A DNA stretch of 59,333 bases, the filler included, from Porpidia crustulata (lineage: Eukaryota): assembly GCA_964255105.1 (NCBI GenBank). It is 9 parts of 9 records of this genome, joined end to end, with 100 filler letters (N's around TTAATTAATTAA, not from the genome) between each part and the next. Parts side by side here need not be neighbours in the genome. Positions count along the whole stretch, not along the records: positions 33,036 to 39,538 come from CAXUWE010001523.1; positions 39,639 to 46,139 come from CAXUWE010001524.1; positions 46,240 to 52,736 come from CAXUWE010001525.1; 6 more parts are not named here. One strand, written 5' to 3'. The notes beneath the pieces are model-generated. The model saw nothing but the letters and a program-made list of their open reading frames with translations. It did no database searches and was not told the origin of the DNA. A program made the translations under genes and the position numbers. Positions 35,205-47,253 of this stretch are shown piece by piece; within the stretch, counting starts at the first letter, position 1, and each line of letters starts with the position of its first letter.

Positions 35205-35649
35205 ATTGAATATCTGCCGTTCCGAGTTTCGCGAAGAATACGGGGAAATACGGCCAACTATGTATCCATCAAGAGAGAATAATCATACGAGTACTCTCGA
35301 GCGTATGCGCCAGCAGAGTGGTACATGAAGATTGAAGAAGTAATCCAAAGCATCCAACAAACAAGAGGATTGTCGGAAGTAATGTGTGACGCAGGTCGCA
35401 CTGCAGGGATCTTTCGGCGCGGGTTCTGATCTTGGCAGCCGACATAGGGCTGACGTACGTTGGCATCAGCTGAAACGACGCTCTGTGATACATCCACGAG
35501 TTCGATGTTTGTCCAGGCGACATTCGTGTTTATACTTGTTTGCAGTAGTATTTATCAGATCTTTCATATACATGTGCCTAAAGATAGGGATCTAATTTTT
35601 CGAAAATATATCCTCCACATTCTCTATAACCCAACCTCTATTCATTATT

Positions 35650-36479
35650 CTACTGCGCTCTCTGGTACGCTGGGATATCACCATTGGTGATTGTCTTGAT
35701 GAATTCTGTATCGGGGTCATAGATCATGACATGGAAATGCTCCACTGCATGTATCGATTTCAGGGACTTCCAGTTCTTGAACCAAATAACCTAAAAAGCA
35801 TTCAGGATCGAATAAAAGCTTTGATCAGCTAAAAGTGTAGAAAGCTTCTTACATTCTTTGCAGTGAGCCTCTGACAGAACGTCTCGTCGACAAAATGATT
35901 GATTTCTTTCCTCATCCTGGGTGTCAAGTCGTCCGTGGCTGGATCATCCTCCAAATCAAACTTCGTCCACACAACCAGATGCACGATTTTCTCGTCAATA
36001 CCGTATGGCCAGTCATTATAAATAATTTTCAAGTCGCCTTGCAGAAAATCGTCAGCAAACGAGAATTGTTCAACGGTTTGCGGATACAACTTGGGTCATT
36101 AAATGGCTTTGCGTTTTTGGGTGTAAGATCGCTCCATTGCAATCGTTTCTCTACTACGAAGTTCATAACAGATCCATATTCCTTTTTGAGCTTGAAAGCA
36201 TAATCCAGATATTTTCGATGGTCCAGTGGCGCGCGACGAAAGCGGTCAATGTGGTTTTTATCTTTGTGGCTGTCAACGATGATCCAATTCAAGAAAACCA
36301 GCTCTCAGACCTATGATATCCTGTACCTCTTGCCATGACATGCGGTGGAAAGTACTATTCGGTATGCTAAGGATTTCTCGGTCTCGAGGACCTATGTCTT
36401 TCAGAAATTCGGGGCATTCAATTGACCATTGATCCTCGGGGACGTTGACAAGCCAGTAGGGTAGGTCTTCTTGGGCCAT
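35650..36479 (-). CDS. N-acetylglucosamine-induced protein GIG1-like (DUF3605), 4 exons
   Basis: LPYWLVNVP...[68 protein letters not shown]. Confidence 0.9.
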
Positions 36480-37028
36480 TTTTCAGCGCATGGGTAGGTA
36501 TTTCGAGAGTCACAAATCTGCGATTAGTCTTATTATGTTGCACACCATTTTCAGTCTCTGGAATTTAAGCTTTTTGACGTTTTTCCCGCTGTGCAAGGGT
36601 GCGCCGGCACGTCAATCGGTAGAGTCACGAACTCCTTTTTATCTGTCTGTCAACATCGGACGTGCGCCCAAATATGTCTAAGACACCTCAAATTTCCTCT
36701 CCATCTCAACGTTAAGACCTTACAGGCTTTTGGATATGTCTGTCAAGAAATATTCATGTAAGGCAAATTTCTTAACGATTGTAATGGACTATGATTATTA
36801 TCTATTGGAATTAACTCCTTCTGATCACGCCGCTTTCATATCAAAGCAATGCATGCACAAATACTACTCCTATCGAAAGATCACGTATGCCTCGAGATTC
36901 CATCGTCCCTTAACGCTGGTCCTAGAAGACTCCAACATCTAATAGTCATTGGATTAGATTATTCTCAATGTCTTTCTGAGAAGACGTACTGCTTACCGGA
37001 TGGAGAACCCTCTAGGGACCCAGCGTTT

Positions 37029-37217
37029 CTAGGGCCCTGTTTTCCATGTTCCGCCTGGTCCCTTCGGTCCCAGCTTCGGTTGTGAAGCTTGAGCAACATA
37101 ATTGCTACCCTTGACCTCCTGTTGGCGATTTTGTGCTTTTGTTCCGCAGGCAGAACAATTTTGGCCCACCGAAACTTTCTCGTCGCAATGTCCGCATGGG
37201 ATTTGGTAGGTAGGCAT
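37029..37217 (-). CDS. Small (62 aa) zinc-ribbon-like protein, CxxC-x9-CxxC
   Basis: MPTYQIPCGHCDEKVSVGQNCSACGTK; upstream TATAAAA and flanking canonical introns (37242-37295, 36939-36996) suggest a transcribed unit. Confidence 0.6.
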   Translation of the reverse strand: MPTYQIPCGHCDEKVSVGQNCSACGTKAQNRQQEVKGSNYVAQASQPKLGPKGPGGTWKTGP

Positions 37218-37415
37218 CTTTGGAGAGCTTGGATCGATTCGCTGAAGTGGTCAATCCTACGGTCTGCATGAGCGTGACTGGACTTGCAAACTTACATCAT
37301 GGTTTCCCGTAGAAGTGCCTGATGGGTAAGCAGCTTGGGGTCTTGACTGTGACGGGACTTGTATTTGATGTTTTTTGTAAGTAGGGGAGATGTACGAATA
37401 AAAAACATGTCGGCC

Positions 37416-37422
37416 TTTTATA
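37416..37422 (-). promoter_or_regulatory. Putative TATA box (TATAAAA) of the small zinc-ribbon locus
   Basis: GTATAAAAGG on the minus strand, about 120 nt upstream of the first ATG (37300). Confidence 0.5.
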
Positions 37423-37751
37423 CTGTCTGTGTGAGCCATAAAAGACTTGGATTGCAGTGACTCGAACGTCGGGACTGCTCGTTAGGGCTCACAGCTTGGT
37501 GAGTACGCCATATCGTGTGAATGCGATGTTTGTGTAGTCAGGAGCTTGCAACGTAGACAATCTGCGCACGCAAACAACCTTCTTGTGAAAAGGGCATCCG
37601 ATCGGAAAACTTAGCAGAACTTCTATATTTCATATATCTACAACCGTACGGTTCATTTAATCTTCACTTCACGGTTCTCCCACCCATAGAATCGTTCAGG
37701 TCTGTTCTAACGGATCCTCATCGGCCTATTTCGTACCCTAATATCAATAAA

Positions 37752-39296
37752 ATGACCACAACCGTCATTGGTAGTGAAGCTTGGGAAAATGTGGAGGTTC
37801 TGAAGCAATCTATGCCGGCGGATGAGCATAATGAGGCCCATGAGTCCCTCGAGGATACGCACTGGGACAATCTTATTGCAAAATGTACCGCATTACGAGT
37901 GGGTATCAGCTGTTCGATCAGTGATAAATTCACCTTCGGAACACAGAACTTGGTCCGCCTGGTGGAATTCGAGGACAGCGTGAAATGGGTAGCTCGTGTG
38001 GCTCTTGAGGATGTTGACACGCGAATGGCTACGAATTTAGAAGATCAAATGATGAGCCAGGTCGCCACCCATAAGTTCCTTAAGTAAGTTTTCCGGTGGA
38101 CGGCTTCTCTGCCAAGTAGTGCCACTGACAGGTCAAGGGAACATACCAAAATCCCGGTGCCAGAAATTCATGGGTTTTGCGCGTACCGTACAGCTGAGAT
38201 TGGGCCCCCGTATATGCTACTTGACTATGTGCACGGTACAGCAGGGAACAAATGCGATTTGGACAATGACCAGTCTCTCTATGTTCTGTCTCAGATGGCG
38301 GAAATTATAGTGGAGCTTGCAACGCATAAATTTGATAAGACTGGTGCGCTCATCATGGATGAAGCTGGAAACTTTGTCATTGGACAAGACCCCGAGACTG
38401 GTGGCGGACCCTATTCAACTGCTCAAGATTACTATAGCGCAGTCAGCAAGCATCGCTTCCATTTCTATACTGATAACTATATTCTCACCAACCTGGATAC
38501 TAAACTCGACGCCGGAATCCACCTCCCCGCTCTGTTCAACCAAATGATGGACATCATGACTGATTGTGCTACCGACTGTGGTCCGTTCGCTCTGACAAAT
38601 ACAGACATTGGATTTCACAATTTACTTCTTGACGAGAATCTCAAGATCGTGGCTATGATAGACTGTGACGGAGTCAAAGCAGCGCCCATCCACGTCGTGG
38701 CACAGTATCCCTGCTTCAGTAAAATAAACATACCTATACCAGGTTTGGTGACCAAGAAACCAATGGCACAGAAAACAATGGCTAAGGGTACTATCGTGTT
38801 TGGCAAGTTTCTAGAGATGATCGAAGCGGCTGAGAAGCGTCGAGGGACGGAGGTATTGCTATGAATTCAAATGGTGCGAGGCTCTTCCAAGGGCTTCAAT
38901 CATACATGTGTCTTCAGGCTTGGTACAACGCTGAGTGGACCAAAGGCTATTGGTACATGTACTACCGTGATGTGATAGGTAAGGATCGTACTCTTGTTTC
39001 TTCGTGGCATGCTGATCTTAGCGGACAGAACCTTCCAGAGTCTGCGAGTTTCCGGTGAACCCGATCCGGTTGAAGGTCTTGATGTACTGGAGCTTATCTA
39101 AGGACTGATTCCTGTTGCGAAGTTGGCCCAAATCTTGCGAGAGCTTGAAAGGGAGCGATGGCAGTTTCCTAAGCCTCAAAATGTCCTTATGTCCGCACCA
39201 TGTGCCGACATTGAACATAGCCCAGGCACTTCTGAAGATCCTGAGACCGAAAGTGATACTGTTTTGGAAACAATTAAAGACATGAAAATACGATGA
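37752..39296 (+). pseudogene. Aminoglycoside-phosphotransferase/choline-kinase-like protein with a frameshift near 38855-38864
   Basis: GTQNLVRLVEFEDSVKWVARV; IPVPEIHG; GPPYMLLDYVHG; GPFALTNTDIGFHNLLLDENLKIVAMIDCD. The frame stops at 38864 while the likely continuation (MNSNGARLFQGL) is in another frame; the 3' exon structure is uncertain. Confidence 0.75.
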
Positions 39297-39538
39297 ATTT
39301 TGTCAGAAATAAATTACATAGAGCGTGTGTGATACAGGTAATAAGAGAGAATCACAATCTAAAGATCACATCATCGAGCAGGAAAAATAGCTCTCTGTAT
39401 GAGACAAACCTTCTGACAATGACATCTCCACCTACTCACCATCTAAGAATTACTCCTACAATACAATTATCAACGACAAAGTTGACACACCTACATGAGC
39501 TTTGATAGAGCTCAAACCGAGCACAATCGCACGCTACC

Positions 39539-39638
39539 NNNNNNNNNNNNNNNNNNNNNNNNNNNNNNNNNNNNNNNNNNNNTTAATTAATTAANNNNNN
39601 NNNNNNNNNNNNNNNNNNNNNNNNNNNNNNNNNNNNNN
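39539..39638. other. Artificial contig spacer
   Basis: 44 N + TTAATTAATTAA + 44 N. Confidence 0.99.
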
Positions 39639-39658
39639 CCCCTATCGCGCAGCGCAAA

Positions 39659-42600
39659 TCAAGTAAACCCCAACCCGCCACCTGCAAATTCCGCGGTATC
39701 ACCATCCCCGCCCGCCGCGCCGACGGTCTCGTCGACCATGGAGATATCCACTTTGTCGGCGAAGGCGTTTGGTTTCTCGGTCCCGGCGTTGTCCTCGATT
39801 TCGTGTTCTTCGTCATCTGGGGTGTCCTGCCGGGGTGGTGGTGGCGGGTCGGCCTCGTCGTCATCGTCTTCTTCGTCGTCGTCGTCGTCGGCGATCTGCC
39901 TCGAGATGGGTTTTCGACGCTGCTTGATGACGGTTTCGGCCTCATCCTCGTCCTCTTCGTCGTCGAGATCCGCCATTTTGACATCGCTGTCTTCTTCATC
40001 TTCGGCGACGTGAGTGGAGCCGTTGGTGGCGGCGTTGGCCGGGATGGTCTCATCGGCGCCATCGCTGTCGCTTTCGACGACGATCTCGCTGCTTTTGAAG
40101 TTCGAGGTCTTACCCTCGCCGCGCTTGCGGAGAAGCTTCCGCTTTTTGGTCACGCGCCCTTTTTCACCATCATCGGAGCCATTGGCACTGCTATTTTCAT
40201 CGCTCTTGCCACCTCTCCCGCGGGCGGGCTCGGCGTCGTCCGTTTCAGAATCTTCACCCTTCTTCTTCCTTTTCCCTCCTTTCTTGACCTTCTTCCTCTT
40301 CACGCGTTCCCCTGTCTCTTCGTCTTCTGTGTACTCCGCCTCCTCCTTCCTCCTCTCCTCTTCCGCACGCTTTTCTGCAAGCTCCCGGCTCATCTCAAGC
40401 ATTTTGTACCGTTCCTCGGCAATCTTACGTTTCTGCTCCTGCGCAATCTCCTCGGCACGCTTCCGCTCCTCCTCGCGCTTGCGCAACTCAGCTTCCCGGG
40501 CATCCCGTGCTTCTTGCAATTTCGTGGCGTTCCTCTCTTCATACTCCTTCTGGGCCTGAACCGCACGCTCCAATTGCCGGCGCATTGTATTTCTTCCCAT
40601 GTTCGCCCGCTGTTCGATGTCGTGTTTAGGGTATGGTGGATTCTTACTCTGTGCAATGACCGTAAAACTATCAATTGCCTCATCCAACCCTTCGGATGCG
40701 GCTTGTACCTCGGCTAGGGTTCGCTGGGTTTCGGGTAAGGTGTACATGAGTTGAGCGAGTTGAATCTGGACGAACGCAATGTTGAATTTGAAATGAATCT
40801 GAGAGGGCGCTATGGCGAGGGCGCGGGAGGAATAATCGAGGGAGTTTTTCATGTAGAGAGGGGATTTATCTTGTTTGCCTTTGAGAAGCCAGACACGACC
40901 GAGGCAGGCCAGGATTTGTGGATCTCCTGCACGGTCCTTGGTCAGAGCGGCCTCGTACTGATTTGAGCATTAGCAATTGATCTGATGGAACGTAAAGGCA
41001 TGGCACTTACGCTCTCGATAGATCTTGAATATTGCTTTAGGTCTGCAAATACATGACCTAGATTGACATAGACACTTGCGTCACGAAGCGTATCTCGAAC
41101 CTTTGAGAAGATTTGAACAGCCGCAGTGAGGTCTTTCTTATCTTCCACCAAAGCAATCGCTATCCCCTGAGCCGCATAAGCGTTCCTTGGATCCAGCTGC
41201 AGCGCCTTATCGAAGAATTCTACAGCCTTTTCGTATGTTTTCCGTCTCTTGTCTTTATCTTGGTCGGTATCTCTCCGCATTTCTCTTGCGGTTGTAAGAT
41301 ATAAATTACCCATGCCAGTCAACGAATATCGGTCATGCTTGTCGTGATGCTGTAACGTGTGCTTGTAATGCCGTTGTTCTTGATCATCGGCGATATTCAT
41401 GGTCCGCTTTTTAGACCTACTGAGATACCACCCATACAAGGCTCGTACTTCGAGATTGGTGTATTCCGTCTCATAGAGAGCTGCCATAGCCCTAGGACCA
41501 TCTTCGCTAGGGTTTTGGCGAAGTTCAATATACGCAAGTCGTGTACGTGCATCAGTGTAATCAGCATGACGTGCCAATAATCCCTCATAAACCTGTTTGG
41601 CCTCATCCAGAAAGCCTGCTGCTTCATAAGTCCGGGCTAAATTATAACTTATGGTCGTGACCAAAGCATCAGTATCAATAGTCTCATTAGCCTCGCCCAA
41701 TTTGACACAAGCATTCAGTGCAGTCTGGAATAAATCTCTGGCCGAATCGTACTTTTCTAATTGATACTGGAAAGAACCAAGGTTGTTGAGCAGCTGAGGA
41801 GACAACTCCTCTCGCAGTCTAGCAGTTCTTGCCTCATCGTCTTCGCTGTCGTTCGGAGGGTCTTTGTTAGCAAAATGATCTAGTGCCATTTGCTCGACTT
41901 GGTGCAGACATTGTAAACTCTTATCGGGATGATCAACCTCGTACAAGCGAGCAAGGTAAACGAGGACGGACGAGTCAGGAGCCAACTTCTTTTGAGGATC
42001 TTTCCAGGCCAATCTTACAGCTTCTAGAAAGGCCACGGCTTTCTTAGCTTCTAGAGATTTATCCTCTTTTGATCCAGAGGCTTGGTTCTTGAACACTTCG
42101 CCTGCATATAGCGCTCCTAAAATCATCATTGCCTCGATACTCTTCGTATTTTGTATGATCTTTTCGAGGCGAAATTTCGCACCATCAATATCTTGCAAGA
42201 GCACTTGAACTTGTACAATCCCAAATCTTGCAGGCAAATAGCCTCTATCACCTCCTCCTCTTGCAGCATCAGCTCTCCCATAGTAGTCGCTGGCCTTTGA
42301 AAGATCAGGGTTCTCCTGGTAATGCTCCCTTCGCGCCAAGAGGTACCATCCATCGCTTGCAATCGCATTCACGTCGGTGAGCTCAATAGCTTTTCGCGCG
42401 AGGCTCTCGACGGTAGGCCACGCTTTTCGAAGTAGAAAGTAGTTCCCAAACGTCGCACATGTCAGAGGAAGTTCTTTGTCAAGTTTAAAAGCTTTCTGGG
42501 TATAGACGGTCATAGCCTTCTTGTAGATAGGCCCGAAAGCGGGATCTGTGGTGGCGTAATTTGAGCTTTCGTTGAGATAGTAGAGACCCATCAAGATATT

Positions 42601-43537
42601 GGCAATCTTCGAGTCCGGGTCCTACATGTCAAATCAGCGGAATTTCGAAGTCTCGCTCAGTCAGCTACGATCCTACCATTTCTAGCGCCCTTTCCCAGGC
42701 CTCACGCGCTTCCTCGCGGAACCCTAGCTGCCACAAACAACACCCAATACCTATCCGAGGATCAGGATCTGTCAGATGAGGCATTTTCGCCAAGACTTCC
42801 TGATATCCTTCAAGCGCATCCGCGTATTTGCCCAGAGAGAATTGTGCTCTTGCTCTTCCCAAAACTGCCATCATGTTCCGACCTCCAGAGACTCGAGATG
42901 CGTCCTCAAAACTCTTCACGGCATCTCGTAGGGTTTGGGCTCGTTCCGAATGGTCTGCTGATCCCGGCGCAAGTGGTTTCGACGGAGGCTGCAGGGAGGC
43001 GCGCAGAAGATAGAGTACACCGCGAGCTAGGAAGAGCGGAGGGAAAGATGGGTTAATGCGCGAAGCATCGTTAAGGGCACCCGTCGCAGCTTGGAGGTAG
43101 AAATCTTTGGTGTGGGCCTCAAATTCCAGCTGATTGTCTGGTTTCAATCGTGGTGCATCACGGCTTTTCTCAAGAAACAGCCAACACATCAGGCTCAGCA
43201 AGCCAAGCTTTTCCTTTGGCGGTCCTCGGGACAGTGACCCTAGACCTTTTGTCAAGATCTCTATGGCAAGGTCGACATTTTGCTGCTTTGCATAGGCCAA
43301 AGCGATCGTCATCCAAAGGTTCTTCGGGGCGCCTTCCTGTTCTAGAATCATGCATAGCTCTGTTGGATCATCCAATAACTCTTCAAGATTCACTTCGAGC
43401 GCTTCTTCAGCATCAAGTCCTGACACCGGTATGTCAATTGCGGAGGGAATGTCGGAGAATCGTGGATTCATTAAGGACGGAACTGTGGGTAAGGAGCGAG
43501 AGTTGCCGTTGGCATATCCATTAGTGAGAGTTGCCAT
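39659..43537 (-). CDS. CTR9: Paf1 complex subunit Ctr9 (TPR protein), 3 exons
   Basis: RFSDIPSAIDIPV...LLDDPTELC; DPDPRIGIGCC; TTISYNLAR; HDKHDRYSL; KALQLDPRNAYAAQGIAI; FKFNIAFVQ; acidic/basic tail with FKSSEIVVESDSD. First ATG at 43537. Confidence 0.97.
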
Positions 43538-44078
43538 TATGTCGACTATGCGACTCAACACAAATGATGTTGAGTGCCTGCTCAGCACAGCTTACATTGA
43601 GCAGGCAAAAAACGGTAGAGAAGGAACTTTGTACAGTATGACCCCAGCCGTTTAGTAATTAAAGTTATTGTCGAACCCGATATCAGCCTATTCTTCTTTC
43701 GGTTAGCTTACTTGAGAGGGCTCGAGCTCACAAGTGAACTCATCCATCACCTCACTACCAACGAAGTTTTATCACAGCAATTTCATCGATGTTGAGTTCA
43801 TGGAAAACTTGAAATTTGTGATGATCACTGCTCCATAGGCAAGATCAGCCTGTACGAACTGAAAGCTTGGAGTTCTACTAGATCTATTGGTCTGTCTGGT
43901 AGCTTCAACGGCATCAAGAACGCTTCGCGCTGAGCCTGGTATAAGCAGTTTTTATCGACGGATGCATCTTGCATGTGGCAAAACAAAGCATTATGCACAA
44001 CATTATATGAAAATGTTGCGCAAGTGCTGAACATGTCTGTCCTTCCACTCGTGCTCAATCCTACGCTGGAGCATTGAC

Positions 44079-44869
44079 TCAAGGACGATCAATGCTCCCC
44101 TGGTCGGTGAATCGCTTGTCTATGTTTGACCCGGTGGTCCAAATGAATACGCCGACACTATGACCAAGTCCTGGTGTTTGCGCACAAAAAAAGTCAGTGG
44201 TACCATCACTTCGCCAGTTGATGGATGGTCTATGCCCTCTTTCTTACCAACTGATGTCCATCCAGCTCCCCGCACATGGCCTACACATTCATCCAGCAAG
44301 ACCTCAGCAGCTGAGTATATGTCATTCCAAGTTGTCAAGTCAACACCTTCGAACCGGTCCAGTTCCCGTACCCGCGGCAAGTTTTCTCTGCCCACATCTG
44401 TCAACATCACAACTGCCACAACGCAAGATCCTATTTGAGGGCCGGTCTATAAGTATGATATTATGGTTTATGGTAGACGGGATCGCTCACCAACTGTGAA
44501 TTTCCGTGGCGTGGGGAACGAAAACGATGGGTGCACTGGCTCGCCCAACGCGATGAACTCTTTCATCCGGTTTTGGTATCGAGCGACTTCATTCACGTAC
44601 ATTCTGTCGAACGCTCTGTGACAGCAATCTTCGAGGTACCCAGTTCCGACCCATTCCCGTCTAGTTGTGCATACCGCCTTTTCACCTGCATTGAGAGGGC
44701 CTGAGCGACTTGGATTCAAAAGACTGGTATTGGAAATCAGGGAGTGGTCCTTGGAGAGGTCCAGAACCAGGCTTGCCGCAAGGTTGACAAAGAAATTGAG
44801 TAATACAATGGTCAGAATCCCATGTGATTTGGTGAGTGAAAAACATCGAAACGATCGAGGTGTGGTCAT
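44079..44869 (-). CDS. Secreted Cys-rich protein, single-domain member of the same family as 21080-23961 (3 exons)
   Basis: Hydrophobic signal GILTIVLLNFFVNLAAS; AVCTTRREW...DCCHRAF...TPRKFTV|GSCVVAVVM...DLTTWNDIYSAAEVLLDECVGHVRGAGWTSV|GLGHSVGVFIWTTGSNID...TGA at 44079. Confidence 0.8.
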
Positions 44870-46139
44870 ATCTCCTACTGATTCTCCTTGAACTACCTAT
44901 CTTACATTCCTTACGCTATCTTCAACCAAAAAAATACATGCAACTTCCCTTATATATGATTTTTGTCAGCGTGGTTACAAAAAGTCAAGCGGCAGATCCA
45001 CATTCGTCAGGGTCCCTTCTCCCGTTGCGGCTAACAATATTGAAGCTAGATATGAAACATAATTCAACGTTAAGATTAATTGTTTAGTGATTCTCTGGTA
45101 CGAGACTAAGACTTTATTTATACGCCGGCATCGGCATACATTTGCAGCCGTATTAACGAGAGTGGAGAGCAGCTCCAGCGCCTATCGCTGTTACCACACT
45201 ACCAACCCCGGTGGTTTTACGCGTGAAACTCCATGAAAGAAAGAAATAGTTTCTCGGCACCGGACACACGTGTGGACAACCACCCCGAATTGGTAGGTCG
45301 TCGATTCAAAACTTCTCCACCTACTACGTAACCTCCTATAGGCGTTTGGCATAACACCTTCCATCCATTCCACAATTCTCTAGCGACTTTGCTTAATCGA
45401 TGATCACCATCACGGAACCAGTCCATCTCCCGTGACCCGTCAGTCACAACCCTCCGCCAACGTCCTGGAAAATCAGCGCCATTGCCTACATTCGACCCGA
45501 GAGTCGATAAAGCTCAGAAACCGCACCTCCTGCACCATGTCATCCATCCCCCCAAATCCATCACCCGAGGACCGTATTTCCCCTCCATCTCCGACGTTCG
45601 CACATATTTCATCATGAACCCCAAACAACGCAGGCTCCTCGTCCGAATGTTTTCGCGCTCCCTCCTGACCGTTTCCCCGTCGCACGGCTTAGGCTCCCCT
45701 CGAGTCCTCGCGTTGATGCGTGCACTTCTTTTCTCTACAGCTCAATCTGGCTCGCTGCACGGTTGCAAGTCGAGAAGACAGGGCACCAAAAGCTGGTGAA
45801 TGCGATGGAGAAGATGCCTGCCGAGTTCAGCTCGACGAGTTGAAATGACATGTCTCATGTCTCGACAAGCGGCGCTAATGGCGCAATTGAATGAGTCCAC
45901 CATTGGTCCGTTTAGCTACTGTTAATTTTAATGGCAATTTCGCAAGACTTTTATTAGGATTCCGGTAGCGACAAGCGCGGTCGAATTGACTTTCGATCCT
46001 TCACCACACCCGTGATCTATCATCTATTCCACGACAACTCCAAAACAAACTCAAATCCCCCTGCCCCCACATCTCCCTTCTCAAAGACCCCTACATAGCC
46101 TTCCCGTCGCAAAATTGCACAACCGCCCACTTCCCGTTC

Positions 46140-46239
46140 NNNNNNNNNNNNNNNNNNNNNNNNNNNNNNNNNNNNNNNNNNNNTTAATTAATTAANNNNN
46201 NNNNNNNNNNNNNNNNNNNNNNNNNNNNNNNNNNNNNNN
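46140..46239. other. Artificial contig spacer
   Basis: 44 N + TTAATTAATTAA + 44 N. Confidence 0.99.
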
Positions 46240-46304
46240 GTAAATATAATTATTAATAAAACTTAGGGTTTGTAATTTGAAAACTGTCTCCTTAAGGTAA
46301 GACA

Positions 46305-47083
46305 ATAGGGTGGTGATTTGCCACCGACAAATTCTCGCAGTGAGCCATTCCAACCCCCAACCTAGCAACCCTACCTCCATACTGACGAGAATTGCCAGTC
46401 TCTTGAATAGCTCCCAATTCTCAGACGTGATCCTCCTCCTCGGTCCGTCAGAGACTCAAGTTTACGCTCACCGCATGATCCTGGGCGTCCGAAGCCCCTA
46501 CTTCGCCGTCGCGCTCACAGGCGATTTCAAAGAAAACCACGAGCAGACGTTTCGGTTCAAGCAGTACAGCGCGCACGCGCTTTGGCGGGTGTTGCAGTAT
46601 ATGTATACGGATGAGTATTCCGATGAGGCGGTTGAGGCATTGATGTCTGAAGGTATATCGACTTTTTCCATCAGTCGCTTGGTTGAGGGCTTCCACGTGG
46701 CAGAGAAGAGAAGCTGAGTAGATGTCACAGGCGATGATCTGGAACTGCTCAAACACCCGCGAGTATTCGCGATCGCTGATATGTTTCAAATGATGGAGTT
46801 GCAACGGCTTGCGCATGAGAAGTTCAAGGTGCAGTTGAAGGAGCATTGGATCAGCGACACCTTGGCGGATTGCATCCGGGAGGTGTATGACACTACGCAG
46901 CATAAGAAGGCGATGAGATGTGCGGTGCTCGAGGTTATGAGGAAGCATATCAAAGTACTTTATGCGCAGAAGGCATTTCAGGCATTGTTGAGGGAGGTGG
47001 GGGATTTTGCAGTGGACGTCGTTGGGGAAATGACATCCGATGGACAGATGACCAGGGACTGGTTAGAGGCTGGTTTATTCTGA
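46305..47083 (+). pseudogene. BTB/POZ-domain protein with a damaged 5' exon (ATA instead of ATG, in-frame TGA); introns 46340-46398 and 46653-46730
   Basis: LLNSSQFSDVILLLG...VYAHRMILGVRSPYF...GDFKE...LWRVLQYMYTDEY; HPRVFAIADMFQMMELQRLA; DCIREVY; LLREVGDFAVD. Confidence 0.75.
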
Positions 47084-47253
47084 TAATGGAGGCTGTTTAG
47101 ACAGAAAATATAAAGTCTCAGCTTCCAGCGTGCTCAAGGAAGGCCAACCGTAATTGCTAGGGAACAGATCTTGTTTTCTTTACATTTGTAGTTTGGTATG
47201 CATTGCCATCATCTTGTTCCATCGCGCTTCCCTGAGATATCTCCGTCCTCCCG

